A DNA stretch of 64,000 nt from Eubacteriales bacterium (lineage in GTDB: Bacteria; Bacillota; Clostridia; Oscillospirales; CAG-272): assembly GCA_045632345.1 (NCBI GenBank), contig JAZQWM010000009.1, positions 1,730-65,729 on the forward strand, read 5' to 3'. This document shows positions 9,489 through 18,223 of the stretch, piece by piece. The stretch's first letter is position 1; each line of letters begins with the position of its first letter. Under the pieces are notes generated by a model. That model had not been told where the DNA came from and searched no databases. It saw nothing but the letters and a program-made list of their open reading frames with translations. The position numbers and the translations under genes are program-made.

Positions 9489-9998
9489 TCACAGGGATGT
9501 GTGGATATATCCCATTTTTTCAAGGTATGGTAGATAGCGAACGCGTTGGGCTTCAATCATTTCATTTGAATTTACGAATTTAATAAATTCCTGTTCGTTT
9601 AGCCATTTAAAAGATACAGTTTCGCCTTCTTGTAAAAGGACTTTCGTTTTATCGCAATCAGTAATTGCTAGGAAGTTATGATAAATTGTATTGTGAGACA
9701 CAAAAATAGATATTTCTTCTAAGGATAATGCGGTAATTCCTGTTTCTTCAAGTAATTCTCTTTTTGCACAGGTTAATGGCTCTTCTCCCTTTAGTGCAGA
9801 GCCGCTTGCGGTAGCTTCAAACATGCCGCCATAGTTTGGTTTACGTGGATCTCTTTGCATAAGTAGGTAGTCGCCGTCTTTGTGTCTTACGATAATTTCG
9901 CAAACTAGGTGGTAAAGCCCCTTGGGAATTTCCTTGCCACGAATAAGGTCAACGCCTGCTTTTGTGCCGTCCGATAAATATGCGTCCCAAATTTCCAT
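9489..9998 (-). CDS. NUDIX hydrolase
   Basis: 169 aa. Nudix box GSALKGEEPLTCAKRELLEETGI. Confidence 0.88.
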   Translation of the reverse strand: MEIWDAYLSDGTKAGVDLIRGKEIPKGLYHLVCEIIVRHKDGDYLLMQRDPRKPNYGGMFEATASGSALKGEEPLTCAKRELLEETGITALSLEEISIFVSHNTIYHNFLAITDCDKTKVLLQEGETVSFKWLNEQEFIKFVNSNEMIEAQRVRYLPYLEKMGYIHTSL

Positions 9999-10024
9999 AC
10001 TGTTACCTCTCTTCCTTTAGAATA

Positions 10025-10053
10025 ATTATAGCACTTTTTTATTTTTGTTACAA
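10025..10053 (-). promoter_or_regulatory. Promoter of the NUDIX gene
   Basis: Gene-sense TTGTAA-17-TATAAT. Confidence 0.5.
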
Positions 10054-10067
10054 TATTGATTTCCAAA

Positions 10068-10099
10068 ATAAAAAGCTCTGCAAAATGCAGAGCTTTTTG
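10068..10099 (-). terminator. Terminator (bidirectional) downstream of the methyltransferase 3' region
   Basis: gctctgca-aaa-tgcagagc flanked by A-runs and T-runs. Confidence 0.75.
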
Positions 10100-10113
10100 A
10101 ATATAGATAAGAA

Positions 10114-10127
10114 ATTATCTCTTTGAG
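10114..10127. repeat. Copy A of the rpsI 3'-end word (ATTATCTCTTTGAG; minus strand reads tca aag aga taa)
   Basis: 12-15-nt identity with 11128-11144 (inverted) and 11200-11214 (direct). Confidence 0.85.
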
Positions 10128-10145
10128 TTTTGAGAGTACCGTTTG

Positions 10146-10204
10146 ATATCGTGAATATCGTTAAATATCGTGTGATTTCGTGCGATGTCGTGAATGTCGT
10201 GAGC
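10146..10204. repeat. Six tandem AT(A/G)TCGTG units spaced 9-10 bp apart (iteron-like)
   Basis: TCG cores at 10149, 10158, 10168, 10178, 10188 and 10197. A degenerate seventh lies at 10206. Confidence 0.85.
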
Positions 10205-10222
10205 ATCGCATGATAAAGTGTT

Positions 10223-10250
10223 GCACCAAATTTGCACCAAAATCGCACCA
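10223..10250. repeat. Three GCACCA(AA) units spaced 11 bp apart
   Basis: GCACCA at 10223, 10234 and 10245. Confidence 0.85.
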
Positions 10251-10289
10251 CATTAAACGCCCATTCAGCTCGACAAATTGGAATTTGTT

Positions 10290-10886
10290 TTATTGTTTTC
10301 TGCTTACAATAATGTATGCGTTATCAGTTTCAATTACATTTACAACTGACATTGCGACATCACCGATAATCGATGTTATATTATCGAGAGTATCGGGATA
10401 GATCTTTACTTTACGATTTCCCATATCAATATATTCGCTTTGGTTCTTGTCTATGGACAAGCAAAAGATACCGTCATCATTTAACAATTTATAAACCTTG
10501 GTAATGACAGTTGCCTTATTCTTGAAGTGCATCATAGTAAGGGATGAATATATAACATCGAATGTTCTGGTAAATTGATAATAACTGAAATCATCACATA
10601 TAAAAGAAATGTTCTTGTACTCTTTTAAGTTTTCTTTTGCTCGTTCAATGGTTTTTGGAGAAATATCTATACCTGTGAGGGTCATGCAAAATGGTGCAAC
10701 CTTAACAGCGATTCTTCCTGTGCCAATACCGATCTCAAGAACTTTTTTATTCTTGGTAAGCTCCAATGCTTCTATAAATCGTTCGCCATCCCACTGGGAC
10801 ATATATTCTTGCAACATAGGAGGGTCACGAAAAGGGTCGTTATCTTCATCTATCAATAAATCGTAATGGTCGATTACATTCATCAT
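10290..10886 (-). CDS. Class I SAM-dependent methyltransferase
   Basis: The ORF runs to 10904 (TTG); ATG 10886 is the likelier start. Motif I is VLEIGIGTGRIA and post-I is LTGIDISP. Substrate unknown. Confidence 0.82.
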   Translation of the reverse strand: MMNVIDHYDLLIDEDNDPFRDPPMLQEYMSQWDGERFIEALELTKNKKVLEIGIGTGRIAVKVAPFCMTLTGIDISPKTIERAKENLKEYKNISFICDDFSYYQFTRTFDVIYSSLTMMHFKNKATVITKVYKLLNDDGIFCLSIDKNQSEYIDMGNRKVKIYPDTLDNITSIIGDVAMSVVNVIETDNAYIIVSRKQ

Positions 10887-10933
10887 ATATACCTTCAAAT
10901 TCAAGTTTATCGAGTAGATAACTACCCAAAGTA

Positions 10934-10962
10934 ATTATACCATAAAGCATCTAAAATGTAAA
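10934..10962 (-). promoter_or_regulatory. Promoter of the methyltransferase gene
   Basis: Gene-sense TTTACA-17-TATAAT (TGg upstream). Confidence 0.5.
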
Positions 10963-10980
10963 TAGGACGGCTCAAAATGT

Positions 10981-11127
10981 TATGAATTGAAGCCTTACGG
11001 CTTCATGATTTGAAATCTTTGATTTCATGAATTGAATTGCCCTATCATATCAATGCCGTAGGCAATTCACGAGCCGAAGGTTCAATTCATGGCGCAAGCC
11101 AATTAATGCCCGATAGGGCGATTCATT
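10981..11127. repeat. Cluster of short hairpins and ATGAATTGAA / TTCAATTCAT words
   Basis: ATGAATTGAA at 10982 and 11027, inverted at 11081. Hairpins: gaagcc-ttac-ggcttc, tgaaatc-tttg-gatttca, gaattgcc...ggcaattc, ggc-gcaa-gcc, gccc-gata-gggc. Confidence 0.8.
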
Positions 11128-11144
11128 GTTCTCAAAGAGATAAT
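11128..11144. repeat. Copy B (inverted) of the rpsI 3'-end word (GTTCTCAAAGAGATAAT)
   Basis: Positions 11128-11142 are the perfect reverse complement of 11200-11214 (15 bp); positions 11131-11144 reverse-complement-match copy A over 14 nt. Confidence 0.85.
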
Positions 11145-11176
11145 AAAAAAATGCCCCGAAAAAATCGGAGCATTTT
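11145..11176 (-). terminator. Terminator after rpsI
   Basis: Minus-strand aatgctccga-ttttt-tcggggcatt followed by TTTTTTT. Confidence 0.8.
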
Positions 11177-11198
11177 TTGTATCGACCAAAGGTCGAGA

Positions 11199-11600
11199 CT
11201 ATCTCTTTGAGAACTGTGGTGCGCGACGAGCAGCCTTGAGACCGTACTTCTTTCTTTCCTTCATACGTGGGTCACGTGTGAGGAGACCAGCAGCCTTAAG
11301 AGCGCCTCTTGTTGTTTCGTCAGCTGTGAGTAATGCTCTTGCAATACCGTGACGAATAGCACCTGCTTGACCTGAGATACCGCCGCCTACAACGTTAGCA
11401 ACAACATCGAATTTGCCCATGTTGTTTGTTACGTCGAATGGTTGGTTCATGATAAGCTTTAATGTTTCGAGACCGAAGTAGTCGTCAACGTCTCTTCCGT
11501 TGATAGTGATTGAACCAGTACCTGGATAAAGACGAACGCGAGCTACTGATTTCTTTCTTCTACCTGTTCCGTAGAAATATGGTTTAGCACTTGTATACAT
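11199..11600 (-). CDS. rpsI: 30S ribosomal protein S9
   Basis: 133 aa. [19 protein letters not shown]; C-terminal ...RRAPQFSKR. Confidence 0.97.
   Translation of the reverse strand: MYTSAKPYFYGTGRRKKSVARVRLYPGTGSITINGRDVDDYFGLETLKLIMNQPFDVTNNMGKFDVVANVVGGGISGQAGAIRHGIARALLTADETTRGALKAAGLLTRDPRMKERKKYGLKAARRAPQFSKR
11200..11214. repeat. Copy C: the actual rpsI 3' end (…cag ttc tca aag aga tag)
   Basis: TATCTCTTTGAGAAC on the plus strand. Confidence 0.9.
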
Positions 11601-11620
11601 ATTCTTCTATCCTTTCCTGA

Positions 11621-12049
11621 TTATTTTACTTCGTAGTTGATTGGTTGTTGAGCAGCTTGATTGTGGTTAGCACCAGCATAAACCTTAAGTCTTGTGAAAG
11701 ACTTAGCTCCGATTGTGTTGTGTGGGAGCATACCCTTAACTGCAAGCTCCATAGCAAGCTCTGGACGTGTAGCCATAAGAGTCTTGTATTGAACTTCCTT
11801 AAGACCACCGATGTAACCTGAGTGACGACGGTAGTACTTTTGCTCAAGCTTCTTACCTGTTAAGATAGCCTTTGATGCGTTTACGATGATTACGAATTCG
11901 CCACAGTCAGCGTGTGGTGTGAATTCTGGACGGTGCTTACCTCTTAAAATGTTAGCAGCAGCAACAGCTGTCTTACCAAGTGGCTTGTTAGCAGCGTCGA
12001 TAACATACCATTTACGTTCAATGGTGTTGTTAGCCATAAATGTTGACAT
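11621..12049 (-). CDS. rplM: 50S ribosomal protein L13
   Basis: The ORF extends to 12097. I moved the start to ATG 12049 (ggaggaaaacaaaATG). [13 protein letters not shown]. Confidence 0.95.
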   Translation of the reverse strand: MSTFMANNTIERKWYVIDAANKPLGKTAVAAANILRGKHRPEFTPHADCGEFVIIVNASKAILTGKKLEQKYYRRHSGYIGGLKEVQYKTLMATRPELAMELAVKGMLPHNTIGAKSFTRLKVYAGANHNQAAQQPINYEVK

Positions 12050-12099
12050 TTTGTTTTCCTCCATTAAATTGAGTTGTTCTCTTTTTTTATTGCTCACAT

Positions 12100-12128
12100 A
12101 TTATAGCATTTTGTTTGTGATATGTCAA
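12100..12128 (-). promoter_or_regulatory. Promoter of rplM-rpsI
   Basis: Gene-sense TTGACA-17-TATAAT. Confidence 0.65.
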
Positions 12129-12232
12129 TATGTTTTTTAAAATATTTTTTGTTTTAGATTGAATACTCATTTTTTCTCGTTTATTCTCTCATTTTCTCTT
12201 GTTTTCTCAAAAACTATTTTTAAAAAATCGCA

Positions 12233-12261
12233 TAAAAAATAGCGATTTTTCATCGCTATTT
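12233..12261 (-). terminator. Terminator after the 5-FTHF cyclo-ligase gene
   Basis: aatagcgat-ttttc-atcgctatt, with a U-run on the minus strand. Confidence 0.75.
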
Positions 12262-12263
12262 TT

Positions 12264-12857
12264 CTATTTTTCAATTTTTAATTGCTTAATGCCCTTTTCG
12301 GTTAGCATTATATCGCATGGACGGTCAAATCTGCCCTTTGGTAAACTATTTGTTATAAGCTCTGTATAGGTTAGACCTATGGCACTTCCTCTGTATTGGT
12401 TTAGGAATTTGTCGTAATAGCCTTTACCATAGCCTAAGCGATAGCCGTAAACGTCAAATGCAAGTCCCGGAAGGTAGCATACTGCACTTCCTATGGTTGT
12501 TTCAGGGTCATAGACGGGTAATTCTTCCTTTGGCTCTCTTATACCGTAAGCACAGATTTCAAGGTCATCCTCGCTTGTAACAAAGTGAAATTTCATTGTT
12601 CGGTCTTCCATATTACATTTTGGAAATGCAACCTTTTTGCCTTTGGATAATGCTTCGTACATAATCGGCATTACGTCAATTTCAGACTTTATCGGTGCGT
12701 ACAGAAGAATAATTTCCGCATGGCGAAAGCTAACTAATGATGTGGCAAGAGCGCAGATTTTTTTGTCTCTTGCTTCTTTATCCAATTTATCTATGCTATC
12801 ACGCTTTAATGAAAACTCTTTTCTTATCGCGTCCTTTTCTCTTTTTATAGGCGTCAT
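12264..12857 (-). CDS. 5-formyltetrahydrofolate cyclo-ligase
   Basis: 197 aa. GLAFDVYGYRLGYGKGYYDKFL, typical of the MTHFS family. Confidence 0.88.
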   Translation of the reverse strand: MTPIKREKDAIRKEFSLKRDSIDKLDKEARDKKICALATSLVSFRHAEIILLYAPIKSEIDVMPIMYEALSKGKKVAFPKCNMEDRTMKFHFVTSEDDLEICAYGIREPKEELPVYDPETTIGSAVCYLPGLAFDVYGYRLGYGKGYYDKFLNQYRGSAIGLTYTELITNSLPKGRFDRPCDIMLTEKGIKQLKIEK

Positions 12858-12883
12858 AGTACGTTCCTTTCAAGTTAAGTCTA

Positions 12884-13423
12884 TTAGTATATGATAGATG
12901 CTTTTGTTTTTTCTCTTGCTTCCTTGCCTAAAAGCGCTTCAATAATTTCAAGCGCAAAATCGGTTGCGCTGCCCATGGCTCTTGCTGTGATAATTTTGCC
13001 ATCGCGTACAACGCCTGCATTTTGGCAAATTGCTCCTTCTAGCTTGTTTTCAAAGTCTGGATAGCAAGTCGCTTTCTTGTTTTTTAAAATCCCTCTCACG
13101 CCTAACACGTAAGGTGCTGCGCAGATGGCGCAAATGAATTTATCAGCTTCGTTTGCTTTTTTAATAAAAGCATCAACCACCTTGCTTGCATGTAGATTAT
13201 CGCTGCCAGGAAGTCCGCCAGGTAAAATAATCATATCGAAGCTATCGTTTATATCAAGCTCGTTTTCTGTTACATCGCAGATTACAGGAATATTATGTGA
13301 GCCGTTTACAGTCTTGCCTGTAACGCCAACTGTTTTTGTTTCAACCTTGTTTCTTCTAAGTAAATCTAATACGCAAAGCGCTTCAATTTCCTCAAAGCCC
13401 TCTGCTAAGAATAAGTAAACCAT
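12884..13423 (-). CDS. DJ-1/PfpI (ThiJ) family protein
   Basis: 179 aa. LPGG...; nucleophile elbow ICAICAAP. Confidence 0.88.
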   Translation of the reverse strand: MVYLFLAEGFEEIEALCVLDLLRRNKVETKTVGVTGKTVNGSHNIPVICDVTENELDINDSFDMIILPGGLPGSDNLHASKVVDAFIKKANEADKFICAICAAPYVLGVRGILKNKKATCYPDFENKLEGAICQNAGVVRDGKIITARAMGSATDFALEIIEALLGKEAREKTKASIIY

Positions 13424-13424
13424 C

Positions 13425-14087
13425 TTATAATTCCTTTACCTTATTATAGATTTCTTCAAAAATATCCTCACGGGTACGGATTTTTCCGTCCTTATGGCAC
13501 GTAATTCTTGCCCAGCCAAGCTTTTCACAGGAATAGAGTGCTGCGTCATAGCATTTTGCCATATAAGCGGTATCCTTTTCGTGAATATCCATTTTTTGTC
13601 CCGTGGAGTCGCTTCTGCTCTTTACTAAGGACAATGAAATTGATGGTGGAAGCTCAAGATAAAGAACCAAGTCAGGCTCAGGGAGTCCTAGCTTTGTAAA
13701 TTCAAAATCCCATAACCAAGTAAGAAAGCCTTCCCATTCCTCTTCAGGCAGCTTAGATAATTGATGTACTGCATTGGCTGTTGTATAACGGTTGGCTACA
13801 ACGTAGGTATCAGGGTCCTCGATATCCTTTTTCCAGTCGGTTGCGTAGCTTATATATCTATCGCACGCAAAAAACATTGATGCGGTATAAGCGTTTGTAT
13901 CTGAGGGCTTGTCGCCAAGCTTGCCCTCAAGATACATTTTTACAAATAATGAGCTATCACTTTCGTACATTGGGAAGGATAGGATTTTAACCTTTTTACC
14001 TTCGCTGATTAATTTATCTACAAGCTTTTCGCTTTGAGTACCCTTTCCGCTTCCGTCAAGGCCGTCAATTGCTATAAACTTTCCCAT
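13425..14087 (-). CDS. tmk: Thymidylate kinase family protein (dTMP kinase-like)
   Basis: 220 aa. P-loop FIAIDGLDGSGKGTQ. Confidence 0.72.
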   Translation of the reverse strand: MGKFIAIDGLDGSGKGTQSEKLVDKLISEGKKVKILSFPMYESDSSLFVKMYLEGKLGDKPSDTNAYTASMFFACDRYISYATDWKKDIEDPDTYVVANRYTTANAVHQLSKLPEEEWEGFLTWLWDFEFTKLGLPEPDLVLYLELPPSISLSLVKSRSDSTGQKMDIHEKDTAYMAKCYDAALYSCEKLGWARITCHKDGKIRTREDIFEEIYNKVKEL

Positions 14088-14109
14088 AAGTTTCTCCGTT
14101 TTTCTATCT

Positions 14110-17085
14110 TTATTCTTCGTCGTCTTCTCTTCTCATCATTATCTCGCGATAATCATCAAGAGTTATTAAAACATCTCTTGGCTTAGAGCCGTTTGGCTCT
14201 CCGATATAGCCCATGTCATACATTTGGTCAATGATTCTTGCGGCACGTTGGAAGCCAAGTCTTAATTTTCTTTGTAATTGAGAGGACGAAATTTTTCCTT
14301 CCTCTGCGGCAAGTCTTAATGCATCGTAGAATACTGCGTCAAGATCGTCATCCGGGCCGCCGCTTTCTGTGTCCTCGTCCTTCTTCTCCGCCTTAGCAAG
14401 CTTTGCAGCGTTAGAGTCGATTTGCTGCATTACGCTTTCATCGTAATTTGCTTCTCCGTTTGATTTTAAGAAATTGATAACTGATTCAATTTCAGATGCA
14501 GATACAAATGCACCTTGAACACGGATTGGCTTAAGCGCGCCTACGATTTTTACAAGCATATCGCCACGGCTGACAAGCTTTTCTGCACCCTGCTCATCAA
14601 GGATTGTTCTTGAGTCAACCTGTGATGGAACTCTGAATGCAATTCTTGAAGGGATATTATTCTTAATAAGACCTGTAATTACGTCAACAGACGGACGCTG
14701 TGTGCCGATAATAATGTGAATACCTGCTGCACGCGCCTTTTGCGTTAAGCGTGTGATATGTCCTTCAATATCCGGAACAGCCATTTTCAAGTCGGCAAGC
14801 TCGTCAATTACGATAACAATACGGGACATTTTTTCTGCCTCGTAGCCCTCATCAATCTTTTCGTTAAACTCGGTAAGGTTACGAACGCCTGCTTTTTCAA
14901 TATCCTCAAAGCGCTTATCCATTTCAGTAACTGCCCATTGTAATGCGCCAAGTGATTTCTTAGGCTCACATACAACAGGTACTAAAAGGTGCGGAATTCC
15001 GTTATAGTTAGATAATTCAACACGCTTAGGGTCAACTAAGATAAGTCTTAAATCGTCTGGGGACGCTTTATAAAGTAAGCTGATAAGAAGTGAGTTGATA
15101 CATACGGACTTACCCATACCGGTAGCGCCTGCAACTAATAAGTGAGGTGTTTTTTCAATGTCAACGTAAATATCGTCGCCAGAAATGCTTTTACCGATTG
15201 CACAGGTAAGCACAGCATTGGCATTTTGGAACTTTTCCTTAGCAAGTAGGTCTTTAAGATAAACGATTGAGGTTGTTTTATTTGGCACTTCAATACCAAC
15301 TGCACTCTTACCCGGGATTGGACTTTCAATTCTTATGCCCTCTGCAGCTAGGTTAAGCGCGATATCATCGGCAAGGTTGGCGATTGATTTTACTCTTACG
15401 CCTGCCTCAGGCGCAATTTCGTATCTTGTAACCGTTGGTCCTCTTGCAACGTCAACAACGCGTGTTCTAACACCGAAATCGTTTAAGGTATTTACGATTT
15501 TATTTGCGTTTTCGTCAAGCTCCTCACGGATTTCTTCTTGGTTTTCGTCCTGTGATTTGCTCTTTAAGAAGTCAAGAGGTGGGAACTGATGTGGCTTCTT
15601 TGGCTTTGGCTGTTCCATCTTCTTTTCCTCCTTTAGCTCTGCTTTAATTTCTACCCTTGGCTCTTCCTTGGCCTTTGGTGCTTCGTTTTTCTCTTTCGCT
15701 GTAACAACCGGATCGGTATCCGCGCTTGGCATATAGCGTTCCTTGTTGCTACTAGCATTCGGTGTCATGAAGAATACGTCTTCCTGCTCATCTTCAAATT
15801 GTGTGTCGTTTTCTTCAATATAGCCATCGTTTGAATATGATTCGCTCTCGATTTCATCATCTTGAAGCTCCTCAATTGACAATTCTTCCTCGTAAATCTC
15901 TTCAGCCTCTTCTATTGACGCTTCTGAGTTATACTCGATAGCTTCTGAAATAATATCCTCTTCATCAATAATTTCAACCGGCACTTCTTCGTTTTCCGCG
16001 TAGCTTATCAGCTCGTCCTCGTCATCAATATAACTGATGCCATCCATGCTATTTTCCGTCTCAACGTTATGCTCTGCTTCTACACTATATACGTCATCGG
16101 CTTCCAAATTTTGATCAAATCTATTATCACTACCAAGCTTGGTTTTTGTAACTGAAAGATCGTTTACAGTATTCTCCGCATTATCGGTACGATTGCTGCT
16201 TGATACAGAATAATCTTTATTTTCGTCGTATGGCTCAAGCTGATCGCGATGATCGTTTTGGCGAGTAACGTTTACTGCGTGAGTGGTTTCTTCCCCGTCA
16301 TTGCTAACGTCAATTTCCTCGGTGTTAGAAAGCTCAAAATCTGACATAGTGGCATCAAAATCATCTTCATCATCAAATATATCAACGTTTTTGTGCTTAA
16401 CCTTGCCTTTGTTTCTAACGGATGATGGTGTAACAGTGTCAGGTTTTGGCTTCTTCTTTTTGTTTTTAGAGGTTAAAGCCTTTACCATATATACAGGTGT
16501 GATGTTAAACATTTGCAAAAGCATGAGCGTTAGAACGATGAAAACTATAATTATAGCTAAAACGTTACCGCCGATGCTTGTTAATGCCTGTGTAAAAAGT
16601 CCGCCAGATACGCCTCCACCCTGTCCGTTCATTCCGTTTGAATATAGCTCGCCCATATTTTTAACTGCGGCAAGCTCAGAGTCAACAGTTGTGGTTATAA
16701 TGTGCTGGAGCGTGGACATGCCGAAAAGCGCAAAAAATGAGCAGATAACTCTGCGAAAGCAAATTTTTCTTTTCGTATCGTAGTACCACATAATAGCGTG
16801 ATAAAGCATAAACAGCGGAATAAAATACGTTGCAAAGTTGGAAAATAATCCATAGCATACGTTCTTTATCGCCATACCAAGTCCGCCAAGAAGTCCTATC
16901 AATGAAAATAGAACCACAACAGATGATATAGTTAATATATATGGCATGGCTTTGCCGATTATTTTTAAAATCTTCGAGCCATTTTTTGGTTTTGTTTTGT
17001 TTGTTGTATTGTTATTTTTTCCTCTACCCTTTTTGTTGGATATGGTAGAAGCTTTACTTTTTTTACTCTCCTTCAATTTAAACAA
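14110..17085 (-). CDS. ftsK: DNA translocase FtsK/SpoIIIE
   Basis: 991 aa. N-terminal TM helices, a long acidic linker, Walker A GATGMGKS, Walker B IDELADL, and a gamma winged-helix tail. The exact start is uncertain (TTG 17085 or 17076). Confidence 0.95.
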   Translation of the reverse strand: MFKLKESKKSKASTISNKKGRGKNNNTTNKTKPKNGSKILKIIGKAMPYILTISSVVVLFSLIGLLGGLGMAIKNVCYGLFSNFATYFIPLFMLYHAIMWYYDTKRKICFRRVICSFFALFGMSTLQHIITTTVDSELAAVKNMGELYSNGMNGQGGGVSGGLFTQALTSIGGNVLAIIIVFIVLTLMLLQMFNITPVYMVKALTSKNKKKKPKPDTVTPSSVRNKGKVKHKNVDIFDDEDDFDATMSDFELSNTEEIDVSNDGEETTHAVNVTRQNDHRDQLEPYDENKDYSVSSSNRTDNAENTVNDLSVTKTKLGSDNRFDQNLEADDVYSVEAEHNVETENSMDGISYIDDEDELISYAENEEVPVEIIDEEDIISEAIEYNSEASIEEAEEIYEEELSIEELQDDEIESESYSNDGYIEENDTQFEDEQEDVFFMTPNASSNKERYMPSADTDPVVTAKEKNEAPKAKEEPRVEIKAELKEEKKMEQPKPKKPHQFPPLDFLKSKSQDENQEEIREELDENANKIVNTLNDFGVRTRVVDVARGPTVTRYEIAPEAGVRVKSIANLADDIALNLAAEGIRIESPIPGKSAVGIEVPNKTTSIVYLKDLLAKEKFQNANAVLTCAIGKSISGDDIYVDIEKTPHLLVAGATGMGKSVCINSLLISLLYKASPDDLRLILVDPKRVELSNYNGIPHLLVPVVCEPKKSLGALQWAVTEMDKRFEDIEKAGVRNLTEFNEKIDEGYEAEKMSRIVIVIDELADLKMAVPDIEGHITRLTQKARAAGIHIIIGTQRPSVDVITGLIKNNIPSRIAFRVPSQVDSRTILDEQGAEKLVSRGDMLVKIVGALKPIRVQGAFVSASEIESVINFLKSNGEANYDESVMQQIDSNAAKLAKAEKKDEDTESGGPDDDLDAVFYDALRLAAEEGKISSSQLQRKLRLGFQRAARIIDQMYDMGYIGEPNGSKPRDVLITLDDYREIMMRREDDEE

Positions 17086-17244
17086 CTCCTTTGCTTTGAA
17101 ATAGTATGGTATAAAACCTTAAAGCGGCGAAATACTAACATTATTATAAAGCTAGTAAGACATACTTATATATAATATAATAACAGAATCCTTTTGGAAA
17201 ATCAATAGATTTTTGGCAAAAGCAAAAAATATTTTTGGTGGGAT

Positions 17245-17628
17245 ATGAATTTAAAGAATTTTAAAATAAAACACCTTAGCTTGATAATGTTTGTTGTTCT
17301 TTCATTCGTAGCTGGCGGGATAAACGGGTTTTTAGGAACGGGCGGCGGTATCATTTTTATATTCATGCTTTCTTTTCTTACAAACAATGAGACAAGGGAT
17401 AATTATGCTACCTCACTTTGTGCAACCGTTATAATTTCTGCTTTTGGCTTGATTTCATATACAATCAACGGGAAAGTCGATTTTTCTATGATAAGCGTGG
17501 TATGGCTTCCTGCCATTATAGGCGGTGGGTTAGGCGCACTATTTGTTGACAGGATAAAAATAAAGTGGTTGAACTTGATTTTTGCTCTGCTGATTATATA
17601 TTCAGGCTTTCGTATGGTTTTTAAATAA
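17245..17628 (+). CDS. TSUP (TauE/SafE) family half-size transporter subunit
   Basis: 127 aa, about 4 TM helices, GTGGG motif. Confidence 0.72.
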   Translation: MNLKNFKIKHLSLIMFVVLSFVAGGINGFLGTGGGIIFIFMLSFLTNNETRDNYATSLCATVIISAFGLISYTINGKVDFSMISVVWLPAIIGGGLGALFVDRIKIKWLNLIFALLIIYSGFRMVFK

Positions 17629-17640
17629 AACTGAGGGGTA

Positions 17641-18015
17641 ATGATGATATTAAACGTAATCGTAAGCTTTTTAGTGGCTTTGCTAATGGGAATGGGCGTT
17701 GGCGGCGGTGGACTATTTGTAATTTTCCTTACCATGTGTCTAAATTATGGACAAATTTACGCGCAAGGAACGAATCTCGTATTTTTTATTATTGCCATTT
17801 CATCATCCATTTTTGTTCATTTGCAAAAAAGAAAGCTATATTTTAAGCAAATTTTAGTAATGGCAATTATCGGTTCTATTGGTAGCGTGATATTTTCAAG
17901 AATGGTTAATTACGTAAATCCTGAGATACCGAAAAAGATTCTTGGCGGACTGCTGATCATAGGCGGGGCTATCTCATTATACGGTAACCTATTCAAAAAG
18001 GATAAGGTCGAATAA
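17641..18015 (+). CDS. TSUP (TauE/SafE) family half-size transporter subunit
   Basis: 124 aa, about 4 TM helices, GVGGGG motif. Lies 12 nt after the first half. Confidence 0.72.
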   Translation: MMILNVIVSFLVALLMGMGVGGGGLFVIFLTMCLNYGQIYAQGTNLVFFIIAISSSIFVHLQKRKLYFKQILVMAIIGSIGSVIFSRMVNYVNPEIPKKILGGLLIIGGAISLYGNLFKKDKVE

Positions 18016-18080
18016 TTTTCCAATATTGCTTTCGATAGGATACGACTGAGTGAAATATTTAGAAAAATTTGAAAAAGGTC

Positions 18081-18109
18081 TTTACAAAACGGAATGTTTG
18101 TGCTATAAT
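18081..18109 (+). promoter_or_regulatory. Promoter of rpsO
   Basis: TTTACA-17-TATAAT (TGc upstream). Leaves a leader of about 110 nt. Confidence 0.6.
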
Positions 18110-18223
18110 ATCACGCGAAGTCGCCTGCGACTAGGCTTTCGGATATAAGCCCTATAATATTGGGGATTCACCCACCGATGGCGTAGTTCATGGCGCAAAA
18201 ATAAATTTATGAGGTGAAGAAAA

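Noticed and set aside
10146-10250. CRISPR array
   Set aside because: The repeat units are only 9-11 bp and have no spacers. No cas genes are present.
10048-10401. 67-aa and 73-aa ORFs over the iteron-like region
   Set aside because: Their sequence is dictated by the short tandem repeats. They have no RBS, and one overlaps the methyltransferase 3' end.
16283-16783. 166-aa ORF antisense to ftsK (similarly 22384..22821, 24197..24840, 38004..38444 and 29776..30138)
   Set aside because: Long antisense ORFs inside well-supported genes in low-GC DNA. They have no independent start signals and the sense-strand proteins have strong motifs.
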